A stretch of 64,000 bases of DNA from a virus (Duplodnaviria; Caudoviricetes), in the IMG/VR virus record IMGVR_UViG_3300035208_004396, one strand, 5' to 3'. The notes beneath the pieces were generated by a model. It was not told where the DNA came from. It did no database searches and saw only the letters and a list, made by a program, of their open reading frames with translations. Positions 1 through 10,714 of the stretch are shown here, piece by piece. Positions within the stretch are counted from its first letter, which is position 1, and the number at the start of each line of letters is the position of its first letter. Position numbers and translations under genes: made by a program.

Positions 1-572
1 GTCTTAAAAATAATACGGATATTGAAAATTATAATTGGTTATCGATAAACACTCTTTCTTTTGCAAATGGTACTAATTTATTAGGGGGCTTTAGTTATAG
101 CGGATCATATACCGGAAGTACCGGTACTACTGGAATAAATCAATATAATCAAGTTATCAAATTACCATGTCTAACAGAAGTTTTTTCACAAACTAAAACA
201 ACCGCTAGCACTAATTATACTTTAACTGAAGAAGGGTGGTATGATATCGATGGTACATTATACATTAAGGGTAAAACTGGATCTATAACAGATCTTACTT
301 TCTCCTATGATATGACTCAGTTAATAACTTCTACCTATACACTTACTTCGGATTTAACTAATGAAATTTTTTCACATGAAGGTATTGATGAAAAAATACC
401 ATTTCATGCTAAATTATTTGCTATTACTGGTGAATCCGGTAGTTTAGTAATAAATCCTAATTCGGTAAGTGCTTGGTTTAGTTCTGCTAGTTCTGCTGCT
501 AATTTCAATTCTACTGGAACTAGCACTTATGCTATAGCTAATTACATTATAACCAGAAGAAATTATGCTTAA
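1..572 (+). CDS. Partial (5'-truncated) Ser/Thr-rich putative virion/tail-fibre protein
   Basis: Frame 3 is open from position 3 to the TAA ending at 572, so the listed ORF 312..572 is only the C-terminal part; composition is T/S/G/N-rich and beta-type. Confidence 0.55.
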   Translation, partial: LKNNTDIENYNWLSINTLSFANGTNLLGGFSYSGSYTGSTGTTGINQYNQVIKLPCLTEVFSQTKTTASTNYTLTEEGWYDIDGTLYIKGKTGSITDLTFSYDMTQLITSTYTLTSDLTNEIFSHEGIDEKIPFHAKLFAITGESGSLVINPNSVSAWFSSASSAANFNSTGTSTYAIANYIITRRNYA

Positions 573-584
573 TTGGAGGTTAAT

Positions 585-1034
585 ATGAAAATTTCAAATG
601 TATCATTTACTGATATTAGATTAAAAGCGATGGGAAATAGATATTATGAGATAGCCGAACCTTTGTCTATAGTAATAAATACGGACAAAGATATCTTGGT
701 TTATCATTTCGATGCCGGTTTTGTTACTAATTTCCGAAGTGGCGGAGCAATAGTAGATAGTTTCATAGATCAAATAGGAGATGAAGCTCATCAAATATGT
801 TGGCTTATACACGATTCGAATTATACTCCATGTGATATGTTGAATATGGCACATCCGTTATCCAAGTCAGATAGTGATAAATTGTTAAGAGCAATGTTGA
901 GAAAAGCAGGGGAAAGTTCATTTAAGGTTGATATGGTGTATTATTCAGTTAAGATATTTGGTAAGTCTGCTTACTATGATGATGACTCATTAACGGAAAA
1001 AAACTCAAAATTATTCAAATTTAAGAAAAATTAG
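585..1034 (+). CDS. DUF1353-family phage protein
   Basis: GFVTNFRS...LIHD.NY...SD.LL..ML motif pattern; GGAGG RBS precedes the ATG at 585. Confidence 0.65.
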   Translation: MKISNVSFTDIRLKAMGNRYYEIAEPLSIVINTDKDILVYHFDAGFVTNFRSGGAIVDSFIDQIGDEAHQICWLIHDSNYTPCDMLNMAHPLSKSDSDKLLRAMLRKAGESSFKVDMVYYSVKIFGKSAYYDDDSLTEKNSKLFKFKKN

Positions 1035-1116
1035 TAGAAAATCTCGACAATCTATTAACGTTTTGCAACATTTTATTAACAGATGTTGATATATAATATT
1101 AAGTCAAGGAGAAAAC

Positions 1117-2163
1117 ATGGAAGATGAATTAAAAAAGAAACTTCTAGGAATTGGCTTAAAGGAAGAAGACTTGGCCGAAGTTACTGTCGCGTTTGATACA
1201 GCTGTAGAGTCCATGGTGAATGAGCGCTTAGTTGAAGAGAAGGCGAAGATTGATGCTTCATATAAAACCAAGGCTGATGACTTTTGTGAGAAGAAAATTG
1301 CCCAAGAATTAGAGTTTGAAAAAGCCGATCTTCAGAAAATTTCCGAAGAATGGTTACAGAAGAAAGCTAATACTTTAGCAAAGAAAGCTCAGATGTTGGT
1401 CGATAAAGAAGTCGATCGGATTGAAGAGAATACTTCTCAATATATCGATAAGTATTTTAATGAAGCATTCCAAGAAAAGTTTGGTGCTGAATTAGCTAAT
1501 ATCGAGGAGTCGGTTATTTCTTCAGTCGATCAGTATTTGGATCTCGTAATTGCTGAAAAAGTTGGTCCTCAAATGATTGAGAGTGCCGCTATGAATGAAA
1601 CTTTTGCTCCAATTATTCAGGGTATTCAGAATCTGTTCGAAACACAATATGTACCATTGAATAATTCAGGTACCGCTAAATTGGAAGGTGCTAAAAAAGA
1701 GATCTCAAGTTTAGAGGAATCGCTTAAAGAACAAGTAAAAGCAAATATGAAATTAGCCGTGGAAAATGAAAAGTTCCAAAAGAATGTGTTAATTTCGGAA
1801 AAATGTTCTGAATTATCAGCTGGCAACCGTGTTAAATTGAAGAAATTCTTCGAAAATAAGCCTTTTGCCACAGTAAAGTCTGATATTGAAGAGTATTGTT
1901 TAACGTTGGAGAAAGAAAGTTCTGAAAAAGCTAATCTGATTGCAGAGAAAGCTGAATTAGAACGTAGACTTCAAATGCGTAAACCTACACCGGAACCTCG
2001 TCATGAGCCGGTTAAAACTATGTCAGAAAGAGTAATTTCAACAGATGTTACTAGACACATTCATACTGAGCCAAAACTCGAAGAGAATGTAAGTAACAGA
2101 TTTAGAGCTCAAAAGGAAAGCTTAGACGAAGCTTTACTTAAAAGAGCAGCTTCATTGTTATAA
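1117..2163 (+). CDS. gp22: Prohead core scaffolding protein (gp22-like)
   Basis: Acidic coiled-coil protein directly upstream of the major capsid gene; V..YLD pattern; AGGAG RBS and ATATATA motif upstream. Confidence 0.8.
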   Translation: MEDELKKKLLGIGLKEEDLAEVTVAFDTAVESMVNERLVEEKAKIDASYKTKADDFCEKKIAQELEFEKADLQKISEEWLQKKANTLAKKAQMLVDKEVDRIEENTSQYIDKYFNEAFQEKFGAELANIEESVISSVDQYLDLVIAEKVGPQMIESAAMNETFAPIIQGIQNLFETQYVPLNNSGTAKLEGAKKEISSLEESLKEQVKANMKLAVENEKFQKNVLISEKCSELSAGNRVKLKKFFENKPFATVKSDIEEYCLTLEKESSEKANLIAEKAELERRLQMRKPTPEPRHEPVKTMSERVISTDVTRHIHTEPKLEENVSNRFRAQKESLDEALLKRAASLL

Positions 2164-2181
2164 AATATAAGGAGTAAAACA

Positions 2182-3468
2182 ATGCTTATACTTAATAAAA
2201 ATCATGCTGGTCAGTCAGATAAGCTAAAGCTTTCCGGCATTACAGATCCGATCATTCGTGAAAATACACGCCAATTGATCGAAAACATTCAAGGTTATCA
2301 AACTAAATCGAAATTGAACGAAGATTTTGGTATTGGTTTGAATCCGCCTACTGGTTTGAATCAAGGTATTCCTACTGGTGGAATTGGCCATGGTGCTTAT
2401 GCTCCAGTAACTTGGGCAGTTGCTCGAAGGGCTTTCCCCGATCTTATCTCTAACGTATTGGTTGGTAACCACGTTATGAAGACACCGGCAGAACAGATTT
2501 TCGCACTTCGTAACATTTATTTAACTAATGATAAGACGAAGATGGTTGAAGCTGCATGGCGTGCCGTTGGTAAGTTCTCTGGTTTTACTGGTTCTCAACC
2601 CGGTCGTGAAGGTCCAGTTGATTCTGGTACTGCCGCTGCTGGTACGGAGAATCCTGAACACTGGAAACTTGGCGGCGATCCTGCTAAGTTCGAAAAGATG
2701 CCAGAACTTGGTATCAACATGATTTCTCAGGTCGTTGTGGCCCAGAAACGTCAGGTTGGTGCTTCTATCAGTACTGATGCTCTTGAGGATTTGAATTCCC
2801 AACATAGTATTGATGGTTTACAACATCTCACTCGTTTGTTACAATATGAGTTAAGTGCGGAAATGGATCGTGAAACTATTTCTCATTGTAAAGCTCATTG
2901 TATTCCTCAGATTATCAATAAGTCCGATACGACTTTAGCTGATAACACGGGATGGGTCGGTAGAAGTTCTATGGAACGTTTCTCTTGGATCAGAACTTTG
3001 ATCATGAGAAAGGCTAACGAAATTGGTACTGCTACTCGTATTAGTGCTGCTAACGTAATGGTGGTTTCACCTGATGTTGCTACAGTATTACAAGCTGGTA
3101 ACAGCCAATATTTCACTGCTTTCAACGGAACGGTTGATGCTTTGAAAACCACGGCAGAAATTGGTACCTTAAATGGTAACATTCGGTGCTTCGTGGATAG
3201 ATATCAGGGTGGTGAACATGCCAATGGCACAGAAGATACCGGAGAAGTTCTTCTAGCTTATAAGGGTAGTGCAAACGATGACGCTGGTGTTATCTTCTGT
3301 CCTTATATCATGGACGTTGTGCAAACTGCTACTGATCCTAACGACTTCTCACCTAGGGTTGCTGTAAAGGCTCGTTATGCTTATGCAGATAACATTCTCG
3401 GTTCAGAAAACTATTATCGGTTATTGAAGTTCAACAAGATCTTCGATGACGCTAACCTTGTGTTCTAA
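2182..3468 (+). CDS. gp23: Major capsid protein (T4 gp23 family)
   Basis: RRAFPDLIS..LVG..VM..P...IFALR, AEMDRE, YKGS..DAGVIFCPY, DPNDFSPRVAVKARY motifs; LNE maturation site near residue 45. Confidence 0.95.
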   Translation: MLILNKNHAGQSDKLKLSGITDPIIRENTRQLIENIQGYQTKSKLNEDFGIGLNPPTGLNQGIPTGGIGHGAYAPVTWAVARRAFPDLISNVLVGNHVMKTPAEQIFALRNIYLTNDKTKMVEAAWRAVGKFSGFTGSQPGREGPVDSGTAAAGTENPEHWKLGGDPAKFEKMPELGINMISQVVVAQKRQVGASISTDALEDLNSQHSIDGLQHLTRLLQYELSAEMDRETISHCKAHCIPQIINKSDTTLADNTGWVGRSSMERFSWIRTLIMRKANEIGTATRISAANVMVVSPDVATVLQAGNSQYFTAFNGTVDALKTTAEIGTLNGNIRCFVDRYQGGEHANGTEDTGEVLLAYKGSANDDAGVIFCPYIMDVVQTATDPNDFSPRVAVKARYAYADNILGSENYYRLLKFNKIFDDANLVF

Positions 3469-3483
3469 TAAGGAGACTTACAC

Positions 3484-3816
3484 ATGATTAAAACTACTAT
3501 TTATCATCAAGGAAACGACACTGATTTCGGTGACGTTTTCACCCCGGATTCTTCAGTTGGTTGCGGTCGTATTCAATTCCAAGAAGGTAAAAATTGGTTG
3601 AATGTTGCTACCGTGATTTCACCGAAGTTCCCTGAAACTGATTGGGATAAGTCCGTAAGTGGCACTTCTGCTACTATTGATACTCTATCTGCATATTACT
3701 TATCTAAGGATTATGCTGGAGCCAATAGTGCTAATGTTACTCTTGGAACCTTCTTCCAGAGTTCTGATAAGGGCGATTATCAGATTAATGCTTCGGCTTT
3801 CATACCGCAAGCTTAA
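3484..3816 (+). CDS. Hypothetical protein following the MCP (candidate capsid decoration protein)
   Basis: AGGAG RBS, codon usage like the MCP, located before the operon terminator. Confidence 0.5.
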   Translation: MIKTTIYHQGNDTDFGDVFTPDSSVGCGRIQFQEGKNWLNVATVISPKFPETDWDKSVSGTSATIDTLSAYYLSKDYAGANSANVTLGTFFQSSDKGDYQINASAFIPQA

Positions 3817-3831
3817 TTCTAGCTTAAATTC

Positions 3832-3864
3832 AAAAAAAACCGATCTAAATAAGATCGGTTTTTT
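3832..3864. terminator. Bidirectional intrinsic terminator
   Basis: AAAAAAAACCGATCT-AAATA-AGATCGGTTTTTT between convergent genes. Confidence 0.85.
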
Positions 3865-3920
3865 GTAGATAGTAGATAACTAATTTGAATGGAAAGAACA
3901 AAATCTATCTTTTATACATC

Positions 3921-4229
3921 TCAATGGCTATAATCTTTAGCAAAACTTCTAAAATATTCTACACTTGGTATTTTTAATACTGTTCCTGGCATAAACTGAT
4001 GTTGTATATCCATGATGTTATTATAACTACATAACATCCACCAGTATTTGTCATCTTGATATACGCGATAAGACAATAAATCTGGTCTTCCTTCTTCAGT
4101 TTCTCTTATCGAAACATAACCATAGTTTACATCATAATCCCATTCTGGAACACTGCCAAGATCATATTCACTTACACCGTTTACTACGTTTTGCTGATAA
4201 AATGAAGTTCTATCATATATCGATTTCAT
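3921..4229 (-). CDS. gp53: Baseplate wedge protein, gp53/LysM-like
   Basis: GRPDLLSYRVY.D..YWW.L..YNNI.D.....PG..LKIP signature. Confidence 0.8.
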   Translation of the reverse strand: MKSIYDRTSFYQQNVVNGVSEYDLGSVPEWDYDVNYGYVSIRETEEGRPDLLSYRVYQDDKYWWMLCSYNNIMDIQHQFMPGTVLKIPSVEYFRSFAKDYSH

Positions 4230-5035
4230 CTATATTTCCTCGTTTCGATTACTATATCGGATAATGGTGTAACTGTATATGGTATATTATCAGGATTAGT
4301 ATAAAATGATATATCTGTAAATTCGTAATAATTAGTTCCCGATTTAGCACTATAATTACAAGTATAAAGACTAAGTCCAGTTTGAGTATTCTTGTATAAT
4401 GTATTAGCATCAAAAGTAATATTTACCGATATTTGATTAACTTTTTTACAAACCGGAATATAATTCAATACCAAATATCCAGAAGATAGACTAGAAGTGT
4501 TATTCAAATAATGACAATTTCTATTATTTAACAAGACATAAAGTGGAATATCAGATCCGTTAAGACTACTATCGAATGTTACTTCAGCATTGAATTTTAT
4601 GTTTAAAGCATTGTGTAAATCTAAAGTTTTCTCAGTATTGCTAGTCTTATCTCGAACATAATAACTTTCTCCAATATAAGTATCAAATGGAATATATCCA
4701 CTATCACCAGAATATAATTCTTGATAAACACCATTACCTGATAGATCAGCTATATTTGGTACAAAATAGGTCGAAATAGTTGGATAACACCCTAAAGTTT
4801 TGTAACCATCAATATATTCAATAATACCACCCATATTTCGTTCATCTATTTGTAATGACATATCAGGTGTTATGGAATATTTAGAAATAACATCTGTATA
4901 ATTATCAAGTTTAGTACCTTTATATAATAATGTATGATTCGGCATAGCACTACATAATGCAAGATCAGTTGATAATAAATCATCAAACTGTGTTTGAAAT
5001 GTGGAATAACTTAAACTATCACTAGGATTCATCAT
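4226..5035 (-). CDS. Hypothetical (probable structural) protein
   Basis: 269-aa ORF translationally coupled to the gp53-like gene. Confidence 0.5.
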   Translation of the reverse strand: MMNPSDSLSYSTFQTQFDDLLSTDLALCSAMPNHTLLYKGTKLDNYTDVISKYSITPDMSLQIDERNMGGIIEYIDGYKTLGCYPTISTYFVPNIADLSGNGVYQELYSGDSGYIPFDTYIGESYYVRDKTSNTEKTLDLHNALNIKFNAEVTFDSSLNGSDIPLYVLLNNRNCHYLNNTSSLSSGYLVLNYIPVCKKVNQISVNITFDANTLYKNTQTGLSLYTCNYSAKSGTNYYEFTDISFYTNPDNIPYTVTPLSDIVIETRKYR

Positions 5036-6057
5036 TAAACCTCTCCAAATAATGAAATCATAAGATTTTGATTTTTAATCCAGAATGCATCTCTAGTACG
5101 GTTAGAATAATCTATTCCAATCGGATTATATTGTACTGCTAAACCAGAATTTTTGGAAATTTTATTCTTTAAATCATCGTATGTAACAGCACTTCTAGAC
5201 ATATTAGTCATGTTTTTAGGATCATTCTCGACATTACAAATCTCATCGCCCGTGATGGGTACTTCGTATAAGTCCGATTTTAATCTTAAATTTATACCAG
5301 CAGATAAATCTGACTTAGCTAAATAAAACCCAACATTTAACATTCTACCAGCAAAACTACCACTATTTTCGGTACAGATTCCACCGGAATTAGCAAAATC
5401 ACCATAATTATATTCAGGTCTTATATCGAAACGTTGAACTAATTGACCATTGCAGTATAAACCTAAAATGGGTGTGAAATATTCATAACTATTCCATTGT
5501 TGCCAAGGATTAACATGCTGATCTAAATTACTATCAGCATAATCTTGCATATATATGTTTATGCTGCCTTCGATAAATACTCCTGTTACGGTCATATAAT
5601 CTGGAATATTTACACCTTTTAATGGAATTCCTACACTATTTCTATAAGTATTTTGATCATCAACTGTATAATTACCTATGGGGTCATCAGTATAACATTG
5701 ATAGTTTCCTATACCGGAACACGCAATTGGGTTTGAGTTTATTTGGTGTTTCATATTCAGGAATGTCATATTCTGGCCATCATAATATATGCATTGATAG
5801 TTTAATGGTGTTGAATTTGGAATAGACGAAGCAAAACCAGATGAATTAATAGAGAAAGTCATATAATTTTCGTGATCCGTGAAAATTATATCATTTAATG
5901 CTGAACTTGGATATAAACTTAAGATGTTAGATTCGATATTTTCATCATTTTTAGTTAACATCTGATCTATTTTATTAAAATAATCACTATCAAAAATCGA
6001 ACCTCTATTCAACGAAGTGGGATTGCCTTTTTTACCAAATTCAGATAATTCGATCAT
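5035..6057 (-). CDS. Hypothetical (probable baseplate/structural) protein
   Basis: 340-aa ORF; TATAAATA 6 nt upstream of the ATG. Confidence 0.5.
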   Translation of the reverse strand: MIELSEFGKKGNPTSLNRGSIFDSDYFNKIDQMLTKNDENIESNILSLYPSSALNDIIFTDHENYMTFSINSSGFASSIPNSTPLNYQCIYYDGQNMTFLNMKHQINSNPIACSGIGNYQCYTDDPIGNYTVDDQNTYRNSVGIPLKGVNIPDYMTVTGVFIEGSINIYMQDYADSNLDQHVNPWQQWNSYEYFTPILGLYCNGQLVQRFDIRPEYNYGDFANSGGICTENSGSFAGRMLNVGFYLAKSDLSAGINLRLKSDLYEVPITGDEICNVENDPKNMTNMSRSAVTYDDLKNKISKNSGLAVQYNPIGIDYSNRTRDAFWIKNQNLMISLFGEV

Positions 6058-6080
6058 ATTTAGTATTTATATTGTAATAC

Positions 6081-6860
6081 ATGAATTACTTAATAGTATT
6101 GACAAAATGTTATAATGTAAAAGATTTCATGACATTTTACGATTATCACATTAGATTATTTGATAAGATTATAGTGTATGATAACGAATCAAGTGTTAAA
6201 ATACCGGTAAAATCCGAAAAGATAATTGGTTTTCCAGATCAATATTCTTTATATAATGAAATTATGAAAAATTTCCCATTTAAAAATGACGATTTAGTAT
6301 GTTTTCTTGATGATGATGAGTATTTATATACAGATTTTGATAAAAATGGGTTTAATGATGCCGTTTACGGCGTTTTAGATCGGTATGGAGCAAATATTTT
6401 ACATATACCCGAGATACTTATCAGTACTAAAGTTTTGCTCTCTAAACGCCATGAAACGCTGCCCATTACTTCGAGATATATCAGATTGGATAAAGGTAAT
6501 ACATGTAAGTGTATTATTCGTTATAAAAAAACACATTATGATTTTAATTTCAAAAATATTATGATATCTGACACAATAGGTCATATACCGAGTATAAATG
6601 GAGTTAAATATAGTGTTGGTATGTCTACATTTCCCGATATATCTTATAGCAGTTATGCTAAAGTGGATTTAGATGCAAAGATAAGGTTATATCATTATCA
6701 CATTAAATCGGAAGCGGATTGGTTGATTAAATTGAACAGGGGTAGTGCTGCTACCAAGATACCTTGGTATAGTAATGATATAAGAATGAATTATGCTTTT
6801 TCTGGATATGATACTATTGATAATAGTGTCTATTATAAAGTTAAAGAAAATCTATATTGA
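6081..6860 (+). CDS. GT-A fold glycosyltransferase (GT2/GT92-like)
   Basis: YH...FDKIIVYDNES, FLDDDEYL (DxD), KCI, LYHY..KS..DW..K..RG motifs. Confidence 0.8.
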   Translation: MNYLIVLTKCYNVKDFMTFYDYHIRLFDKIIVYDNESSVKIPVKSEKIIGFPDQYSLYNEIMKNFPFKNDDLVCFLDDDEYLYTDFDKNGFNDAVYGVLDRYGANILHIPEILISTKVLLSKRHETLPITSRYIRLDKGNTCKCIIRYKKTHYDFNFKNIMISDTIGHIPSINGVKYSVGMSTFPDISYSSYAKVDLDAKIRLYHYHIKSEADWLIKLNRGSAATKIPWYSNDIRMNYAFSGYDTIDNSVYYKVKENLY

Positions 6861-6865
6861 ATAAT

Positions 6866-7792
6866 ATGAAAGTTGAAAAGATAGATTATACAAAGTTTTC
6901 ATTGCTTAAACCCGTAGAAGATACATGTATGATTCAGTCCGATACAGATTCTATGTATATGAGTGCGGATGAATTATACCAAAAGACACCTGATATGGAC
7001 GATATGAAGTTCTTATTAGGTATAGATAAGATGTTTGGCGATTTTTGGAACAATTTTTTAACTAATAAAGCTAAATCAGAAGGGGTCGAAGATCTTATTA
7101 AATTCAGTAGAGAGAGCTTATTTGGGTCATTTTTGTCTATTAAAAAGAAGATGTATATAGGTACCAAGGTAGTAGAAGATGATCAAATCTATGGTTATGA
7201 TCATTGGAAACCCAAGATTAGTGGTATTTCGTTGCATAAGTCAGCTATGCCCAAATTCTGTAAAACTAAAGGTGATCCCTTGATTTTTAACATTTTGACT
7301 AAACATAATAAAGCAGAAACCGATTCCGAAATGGTGAATATTTTTAACGAATATAAGAAACAGAAAATAGAAGATATAAGTTCAAATGGCTCAATAGGTG
7401 ATTATAAGAAATATGTTCCTGAAAGAATGAAAACTTATTTATCTGAGCCAATTTTGTCTAATTTTATGAAAGGTTGGTCAATTAATGCAAAAATGGCATT
7501 CAGTTATAATTGGATTCTTGAAAAATTCAATTTACCTTTGACACCTATTAGTAGTGGAGAAAAATTCAATTATATCTTCGTTAAGCCTACAAATCAGTTT
7601 GGTATAGAATCTATAGCTTATGTTGATGAATGGCCAGAACAATTTTCGAAATTTTTTGAGATTGATTATGAAATGTCTTTTAGAAAGTTCTTTTTACCTA
7701 TTTTCGATCAGGTTTATAATATAATCCATTGGAAAAATGATGACGAAATTATACCGTTGAAATGGTCAAGTTTGGATTTTTTGCACGGTTGA
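6866..7792 (+). CDS. gp43: Family B DNA polymerase, C-terminal part (motif C palm + thumb) of a split gene
   Basis: SDTDSMY (motif C), KKKMY, KISG..L.KS..P, GEKFNYI, IDYE..F.K.F..P. Confidence 0.9.
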   Translation: MKVEKIDYTKFSLLKPVEDTCMIQSDTDSMYMSADELYQKTPDMDDMKFLLGIDKMFGDFWNNFLTNKAKSEGVEDLIKFSRESLFGSFLSIKKKMYIGTKVVEDDQIYGYDHWKPKISGISLHKSAMPKFCKTKGDPLIFNILTKHNKAETDSEMVNIFNEYKKQKIEDISSNGSIGDYKKYVPERMKTYLSEPILSNFMKGWSINAKMAFSYNWILEKFNLPLTPISSGEKFNYIFVKPTNQFGIESIAYVDEWPEQFSKFFEIDYEMSFRKFFLPIFDQVYNIIHWKNDDEIIPLKWSSLDFLHG

Positions 7793-7803
7793 TATATAAG
7801 ATT

Positions 7804-8121
7804 ATGATAAAACAATTGTTAAAACTTTATTGTGCCAGACGTGTTATAACGGGTGGTTCTATTGCATATATGTTTGAAAGTATTAAAGATTGGTCCCCTC
7901 TATTAGATAAACTTCGTAAAGAATTCTTAAAGAATCCAAATACATATTTGAAAGAGATTTCGGAATTTTTATCGAATGTGCCTGATAAATCTTTCATCGA
8001 TTTGAATGATTGTCCGAAAGAGGATTATCTCGAACACAACAAAATTTTCGTATTACATGTTACAGAATATAGAAATATGCTTTATTCATTACAAACCGTG
8101 ATGCAAAAAATGGCAAAATGA
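7804..8121 (+). CDS. Hypothetical protein
   Basis: ATG at 7804 preceded by ATATATA-N5. Confidence 0.5.
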   Translation: MIKQLLKLYCARRVITGGSIAYMFESIKDWSPLLDKLRKEFLKNPNTYLKEISEFLSNVPDKSFIDLNDCPKEDYLEHNKIFVLHVTEYRNMLYSLQTVMQKMAK

Positions 8122-8312
8122 ATAATTTCGAACGACAAAAAAAATTCATGCTCGATCAAATAGAATACATGAATCGTATAAAATGGTTCAAAGGAATCGA
8201 AATTAATTCGGATCCAACAGAGTCGTTCTTAATAGATTGGGTTAAAAAAGGTGGAGCAGAAGAGTTTAGAAAAAAATGGGAAAAAGAAAATGGTTCTTTA
8301 AATGACATTTAA
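8118..8312 (+). CDS. Small conserved-looking protein (KW..G....D......DW...AEEFR; DUF4032-like)
   Basis: ATGA overlap with upstream gene; motif resemblance only. Confidence 0.45.
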   Translation: MNNFERQKKFMLDQIEYMNRIKWFKGIEINSDPTESFLIDWVKKGGAEEFRKKWEKENGSLNDI

Positions 8313-9788
8313 CTTATTTAAGCCATTACTTACACAAGTTAAAACTATAGAATAAGTATTTCCCTTAGCATAAAGATGTTGTATACGAGTAATTATATAA
8401 TTACCATCGTTGACTTTATCTTGATTCGATGAATTAGTTTCGAAATATATCTGTATACAATCCCCAAGATTTAATGTATTGCTAGGATTATCTAAATAAG
8501 CTTTATCCTGTTTATTAACAGTATATGAAATCTGAATGAAATTAGCAAAAAATGACAAATAATTTAATTGGTTTATATTTGGAGACACATCATAATGATC
8601 ATGATGATCTGGCCAATGTATTACTCCTTCCTGCCTAGAATAACTCGGATAAATACCTTTATTATTCAAAATATTATCATTTTTACATTGTGGACAAAGC
8701 CAGTGCCCATTTTTAATCAAATTTAGATCTTTATTCGGTAATGTATACTCACATTTATCGCATTTAATTTCATTTTTATCAAAATTCTTAAAAGATGAAT
8801 ATTTAGCCGGACCTATATCATTAGATGTACTAGTAAATGATCTTTTATTCATCAATAAATTTATACCCGAAACAATATCTTTAACATTAACACTATCATT
8901 AATTTCGAATTCTGTAGTATTTAACGTTTCCGTTGTATCTAATATAGTAGTTGTAACATTATAACCATACTTATTACGAATCAAACCAGTGTTATTGCCC
9001 ATATTAACAGAATCATATACAATATAAGTAGCTTTATTCCATTCTTTATTCTTTTGAGCTAAAGTTTGTTTATAAGCTTGATTTATAAATGTAAAAGTCG
9101 GATTTCTTGTACTCATTTTTAGCAAGGTATCAGCTTTCACATCACCATTTATAGTAGTATACACTATTAAAGAATCTGAATTGCTTATAAACGAATGTTC
9201 TAAAACTTTTTCTATGAAATTTTTATAAGAGTTATTGGCATTAAGCCATAATTGTCTATCATTGGTTGATATATCGTTTCTATAAAAAGTCAAGCCCAAA
9301 CTGTTATATAATTGTTCCAACACTTCTATTGAAGTTTCCTGATGATATGAGATATAACGAACATAATTGTTAAACATTTCAGTATTAACTAAAGAACAGA
9401 TGATTTGGTAATGATAATCACCTATACCATTAGAAATATCAGTTTGAATGCTTAAAATGGTCAATTTAGTTTCAATAGAAATGGGTGGTTTTGTATCCGA
9501 ATTTGCCGATCCGATGAATAATTTAGCATAAATAATATCCCCTATTTTCAAAGGTCTTAAATAAGAGTATTTGCCCGAATCTTCTAAGGTTAATATAACT
9601 TTTGGCAAACTAGATAACAGGTTTTCATCAAATTCAACTTTTATTATATCATCTAAATTGAATCTAGCTCCAGAAGAATCGGGATTATATAATCTTAGAT
9701 CTAGATCTACAGTAGAAGCTAGGTTCGGATTAATTTCCCGATTCGAATATAATGCTTCTTCTGTATTTTCAGAATTGAAATTGCCCAT
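8298..9788 (-). CDS. Baseplate hub protein (gp27/gpD-like) with Zn-ribbon insertion
   Basis: N-terminal E.DENL....P...LTL.D and C-terminal LNLGD.I....GNYIITRIQH....Y...L pattern; CDKC...CPQC insert. Confidence 0.65.
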   Translation of the reverse strand: MGNFNSENTEEALYSNREINPNLASTVDLDLRLYNPDSSGARFNLDDIIKVEFDENLLSSLPKVILTLEDSGKYSYLRPLKIGDIIYAKLFIGSANSDTKPPISIETKLTILSIQTDISNGIGDYHYQIICSLVNTEMFNNYVRYISYHQETSIEVLEQLYNSLGLTFYRNDISTNDRQLWLNANNSYKNFIEKVLEHSFISNSDSLIVYTTINGDVKADTLLKMSTRNPTFTFINQAYKQTLAQKNKEWNKATYIVYDSVNMGNNTGLIRNKYGYNVTTTILDTTETLNTTEFEINDSVNVKDIVSGINLLMNKRSFTSTSNDIGPAKYSSFKNFDKNEIKCDKCEYTLPNKDLNLIKNGHWLCPQCKNDNILNNKGIYPSYSRQEGVIHWPDHHDHYDVSPNINQLNYLSFFANFIQISYTVNKQDKAYLDNPSNTLNLGDCIQIYFETNSSNQDKVNDGNYIITRIQHLYAKGNTYSIVLTCVSNGLNKLNVI

Positions 9789-10699
9789 TATGCTAATGTT
9801 ATCTTGAAACTATAATCGCCTTTATTCCAAGACCCTATTTTTAAGGAATTACATATTCGATATGCTTCTCCTACACTGTTAGGTGCAGAAAACATTCTAT
9901 AATCACTATCGTTTAATAATAACAACCAGGATAAATAATTTAATTTTGAATAAGCATACAGATGACATGATGCTAAAGTCACTTTTAGATCTTTATACCT
10001 AGAATAAACTTCCATAGCTTCATTAGATATGCTAATTGAAGGTTTAGATAAATTCTGCAAATATGAAAAAACTTGATATAAACCTTTATTATCCGTGTTA
10101 TTCTTAATAATTTCGATATATTCATCTGTAAGTTCATCTGTTATTTCATCTATTCCAAGTTGTTTGAACAATGAAAGCATTAAAGATTTACTCATCATTT
10201 TAAATCTATTGTCTTGACCATCACCGAATTTTCCACCTTTACCTTTGACTTCTATTTTTTGATTGGTATCTAAATCTACTAAATCCCCTTTGTCTTTACA
10301 AAAACCTAAATTTACAAATAATGATGCGAAAAGAAATTCACCTCTACCTATTGCAGGTCTATTAGTTGTTACTCTTAAAGCATCAGTGATATATTCGGGT
10401 TTAAGATAACCATCTAGACTGGATTGTTTCAACAGTGATGATAATTTAGCAGGACCATATTCCATAGGTTTAAAATGAGTTTTATATAATTTTTCAAAGA
10501 ATTTATCTGGAAAACCTATCAAATCTTTCTCAATTATCTGAGCATGATCTGTAATAACATTATGTTTACCAGATTTAGTTTCTGTCCATAACTTTGCTAA
10601 TTTTGCTTCTATATTGTCCAAATTTATCTCATTTTTTATCCTTTGCAAGATATCATCGTTAACTTGAACTTCTTTACCATTTACGGATACATTTGGCAT
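9788..10699 (-). CDS. Putative PD-(D/E)xK nuclease-fold protein
   Basis: G.GEF....L...GDL.......IEVK motif. Confidence 0.5.
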   Translation of the reverse strand: MPNVSVNGKEVQVNDDILQRIKNEINLDNIEAKLAKLWTETKSGKHNVITDHAQIIEKDLIGFPDKFFEKLYKTHFKPMEYGPAKLSSLLKQSSLDGYLKPEYITDALRVTTNRPAIGRGEFLFASLFVNLGFCKDKGDLVDLDTNQKIEVKGKGGKFGDGQDNRFKMMSKSLMLSLFKQLGIDEITDELTDEYIEIIKNNTDNKGLYQVFSYLQNLSKPSISISNEAMEVYSRYKDLKVTLASCHLYAYSKLNYLSWLLLLNDSDYRMFSAPNSVGEAYRICNSLKIGSWNKGDYSFKITLA

Positions 10700-10714
10700 A
10701 TCATATATATGAAT

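Noticed and set aside
6866-6950. Functional split intein for trans-splicing of the polymerase
   Set aside because: No C-terminal HN followed by C/S/T, no block A Cys/Ser start and no TxxH; kept only as a possible relic
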